DNA of 64,000 nucleotides from Mytilus edulis. Lineage: Eukaryota. The stretch spans positions 34,472,001-34,536,000 of the forward strand of contig NC_092347.1 in NCBI RefSeq assembly GCF_963676685.1, read 5' to 3'. This document shows, one piece after another, positions 61,001-64,000 of the stretch (within the stretch, counting starts at the first letter, position 1; each line of letters starts with the position of its first letter). Both the position numbers and the translations under genes were made by a program. The notes below the pieces were generated by a model, which worked only from the letters and a program-made list of their open reading frames with translations, was not told the DNA's origin and did not search any database.

Positions 61001-62986
61001 TTATGAATTCCCGTTTCTATCTGGGTTTAAATACAAATTTTATTTTCAATCAGTAAAGAACAACAATCCAATGTTCCCCGCCATGCACAATTACATGTCA
61101 TATTTTATCTATCAAAGGGCAAGGAACAAGAGAATCACTTTTTTTCTTTATCTTTTTTATTTTCAATATCTTAAGAGAAATAAATGCACCACAGGAAATG
61201 AAATGGGATTTTCATTCAATTTATTTTTCAAAGGGTCATAACTGGTTAAAAATATTTGATTACGACTTATTTTCCAAATTGTCAAAGACATTGCTTATGA
61301 TATGAGTTTCACTTAATCTAACAAGAATTGTACACATGAGAGTGCTACAATGTAACAAGACCGGACGATCGGATGCCCGGTATTTTTATGTCTCCTGCAA
61401 CGCGTTTAGCTCAGTAGTCAAAAATCAAAAACCCAAGGTTGTGGACTCAAATTCCTGGAAAGAGAAAGCACTTCAGTTCCTATATTCCGAAGTTCCTAAA
61501 TTATACAGAAGTGCCGCTGTAATGGGGTCCGTTTTTGATATGTCAAATATGAGATTGGTTGGGAAACTTTACATCAAATGTTTATGAATTGAATGATGGT
61601 AGTTTCGAGGAAACAATAAAAATATAAGAACTGGTGTCCGTGGGTATTTTGAATTTAAACAAAAATCTAACTAGTGTCGGATTCTGGGGGAGTACATGTG
61701 CTTAAATAAAAAATAATTTTCTGCATAAAAAGGTCCACATCTTCCTGTAATTGTGATTGGTTAAACAAACTACCAGTGCTTTTAAAATAATGCATGATTT
61801 TAACCAAAAACAAAATGTTTTCTGTTTTTTTCTCTCTTTATTTTGCCAACCCGCAAAAGAGCCAACTGTCTACATGCCTCAATGTTATTTACGGCCTTGA
61901 TCTTCGGACTGACTTTGAATTCAATCCTGGTTTACTTTCTAATCAATTGTGGACAAGCACGAGAAATTAAGAGTACCAACATGAAACACAGAAAACAAAT
62001 AAGGGTAAACAAGAAGCATGCACGTCGAACCAAACATGAGAAAACAAAAAATAAAACGTCAAAACACGAAAACATGTGAAATAAACGCCAAAAACGTTGC
62101 ACCAAAAATAACCGTTTACCACCCTCATTGAACCAAGAAAATGAGGTCAAGGTCAAATGAAGTGCACCTGCCAGTAGGACATGTTCATCTTACAATTTTT
62201 TCATTCACCAAATATACTAGACATATTGTTTATAGTATCTGAGATATGGACTTGACCACCAAAACTAAACAATGCTCACTGACCCATAAACTTAGGTCAG
62301 GGTCAAGTGGAAACAAAATTGACAGACGGGATGACCTTGCAAGGTACACACATACTAAAGATAGCTATCCCATTTTTCATAATAAGAGACAAACTAACAT
62401 TACAAAAACTCAACTTTTTTTCGAGTAGTCACTGAACCATGAAAAAGAGGTAAAAAGGACAATGGACATTGACAGACGGAAACTTCCTAACATAAGACAT
62501 CTATATACAAAGTATGAAGCATCCAGGTCTTCCACCTTCTAAAATATGAAGCTTATAATAAGTTAACTAACGCCGCCGCTAGATCAATATCCCTATAATG
62601 TTAAGCTTTCTGCGACAGAGGTCACAGGATTTACAAAACCATCAAAAATAGACCTTCGATGATCTACCATAGTGTGTACAATTTCAAAGGGTTGGGTTAA
62701 GTTGGACTTTAACTATCGTTCAGAAATATATGAAATACCATTTTCAAAGGCAAGCCAAAACTCTTGTACAATTATGGCAAAAAAAAAAACCCTGACTTGA
62801 CCTGTATTTTAATCGCCTTTTAAAACGGTTTAAACCTGCTACATTTGTTTGCACCTGTCCAGTGTTTTTTTTAATAAACAATTAACTTACAAAAAAGGCA
62901 CCGAAATAGGAGCACACTCATTTACAGAAAGCTATGACATAGCCAATTCCAACTAATATGATTAAAGTCTTCCAAAAAAAAAAAAG

Positions 62987-63769
62987 CTACTGAAAGACGA
63001 TATTGACAAGATCGTCGAGAGGGTTGTAAACGAAAAACAAAAACACTTAATTGACAGGATAAACGACATAGAAGAAAAACAATGCAAAATGGAATCAACC
63101 CTTAAAATAAAAACAAACCAACTAAATGAGCTGCATGTAAAAAACACTAAACTACAAGAAAAAGTTGACGATCTCGAACAGCACAGTAGAAAAGGTCTAC
63201 TCCGTCTAAGTGGTGTGCCTTTTTCAAGAGGTGAAAATACTACTGAAAAGGTGATTGACATAGTAAAAAGGATAGGAGTGAACATAAAAGTTGATGACAT
63301 TAGCGTAAGCCATCGTACAGGAAAATTCAAGGAAAATAAAACTCGCCAAATCATTGCAAGGTTCCCAAAGCATGATTTAAAAGTGGAAATTTTAAAATCG
63401 GCCAAGAAACTTAGAGAAATACCAGGTCTTCATGATATTTGTATAAACCAAGACTTAACAAAGACGCGAGATGAAATAGCATTCAAAGCTAGAGCGTACG
63501 TGCGCAACCATAGACTTAAGGCAACATGGGTGGTTGATGGAAAGATCATGATTATTGGGAACGACAACAAAAAACACGCCGTCACACGTATGTATGATCT
63601 GAATGACTATGTTTTCCAATCCGATAACTTTACTGAAATAAACGAGATTGAAGACAATCAAGAAACAGAAATGCAGTACGCGTCGAATGGTCATGACAGG
63701 GTCAGCGAACAACCAGCTAGTGGCGTTCCTGTTCAACTTTATACGAGTGCTCTAGGTACTAATAAATGA
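62987..63769 (+). CDS. LINE ORF1-like protein (coiled coil + RRM + CTD), solo; 5' end uncertain
   Basis: Heptad region, then LEQHSRKGLLRLSGVP, SHRTGK, IIARF, INQDLTK, TWVVDGKIMI. The frame is open upstream of Met 63089 back to the A-run at ~62975. Confidence 0.72.
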   Translation, partial: LLKDDIDKIVERVVNEKQKHLIDRINDIEEKQCKMESTLKIKTNQLNELHVKNTKLQEKVDDLEQHSRKGLLRLSGVPFSRGENTTEKVIDIVKRIGVNIKVDDISVSHRTGKFKENKTRQIIARFPKHDLKVEILKSAKKLREIPGLHDICINQDLTKTRDEIAFKARAYVRNHRLKATWVVDGKIMIIGNDNKKHAVTRMYDLNDYVFQSDNFTEINEIEDNQETEMQYASNGHDRVSEQPASGVPVQLYTSALGTNK

Positions 63770-64000
63770 TCAACCAATTAAAAACGATGTAAAAATATCA
63801 CATTTACAATTTTCCTATACAGCGAAAATTTTAGATTAATCAAGCGTACACCTGTACTCATTTGACTATTAGTACTTATGAAAATGTATACATATTGTTA
63901 CTTTGATACATGTAAAAATAATTTGCCAAAAATAGTTATGTTCTACTACATGTAATTCAAAGTGTCATTGTATTCTACCCCTTATATCGAAATAAGTTGT

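Noticed and set aside
62962-63736. Antisense ORFs of 147 and 93 aa
   Set aside because: Hydrophobic mirror translations of the A-rich ORF1-like sense strand.

Overview
AT-rich, intron-rich animal genomic DNA; the repeat landscape suggests a bivalve, probably Mytilus (inference, not verified). There are three host genes, all with GT-AG introns and phase-consistent exons built by hand: (1) the 5' part of mitochondrial DNA polymerase gamma (POLG, minus strand, 10 coding exons from ATG 12477 running off the left edge); (2) a complete ubiquilin (plus strand, 15 exons, 26283-41107, ~575 aa); (3) a complete DCAF12 (minus strand, 9 exons, 56487-47284, ~415 aa), convergent with ubiquilin. Upstream of the POLG start codon, a young full-length BEL/Pao LTR retrotransposon (138-bp LTRs, 5-bp TSD, one +1 frameshift) is nested in the 3' end of a decayed CR1-type LINE. 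Introns and intergenic DNA hold many non-autonomous DNA transposons with readable TIRs and TSDs, Helentron-like modular repeats, a deleted LTR element, a Penelope RT relic, a minisatellite and a solo LINE-ORF1-like ORF. I found no convincing wholly new multi-gene system. The best leads are a minimal hammerhead ribozyme core in the sense strand of a DCAF12 intron, a triplicated ubiquilin splice donor that creates potential poison isoforms, a uORF overlapping the POLG AUG, and 33-41 bp hairpin micro-elements with 7-bp target duplications.
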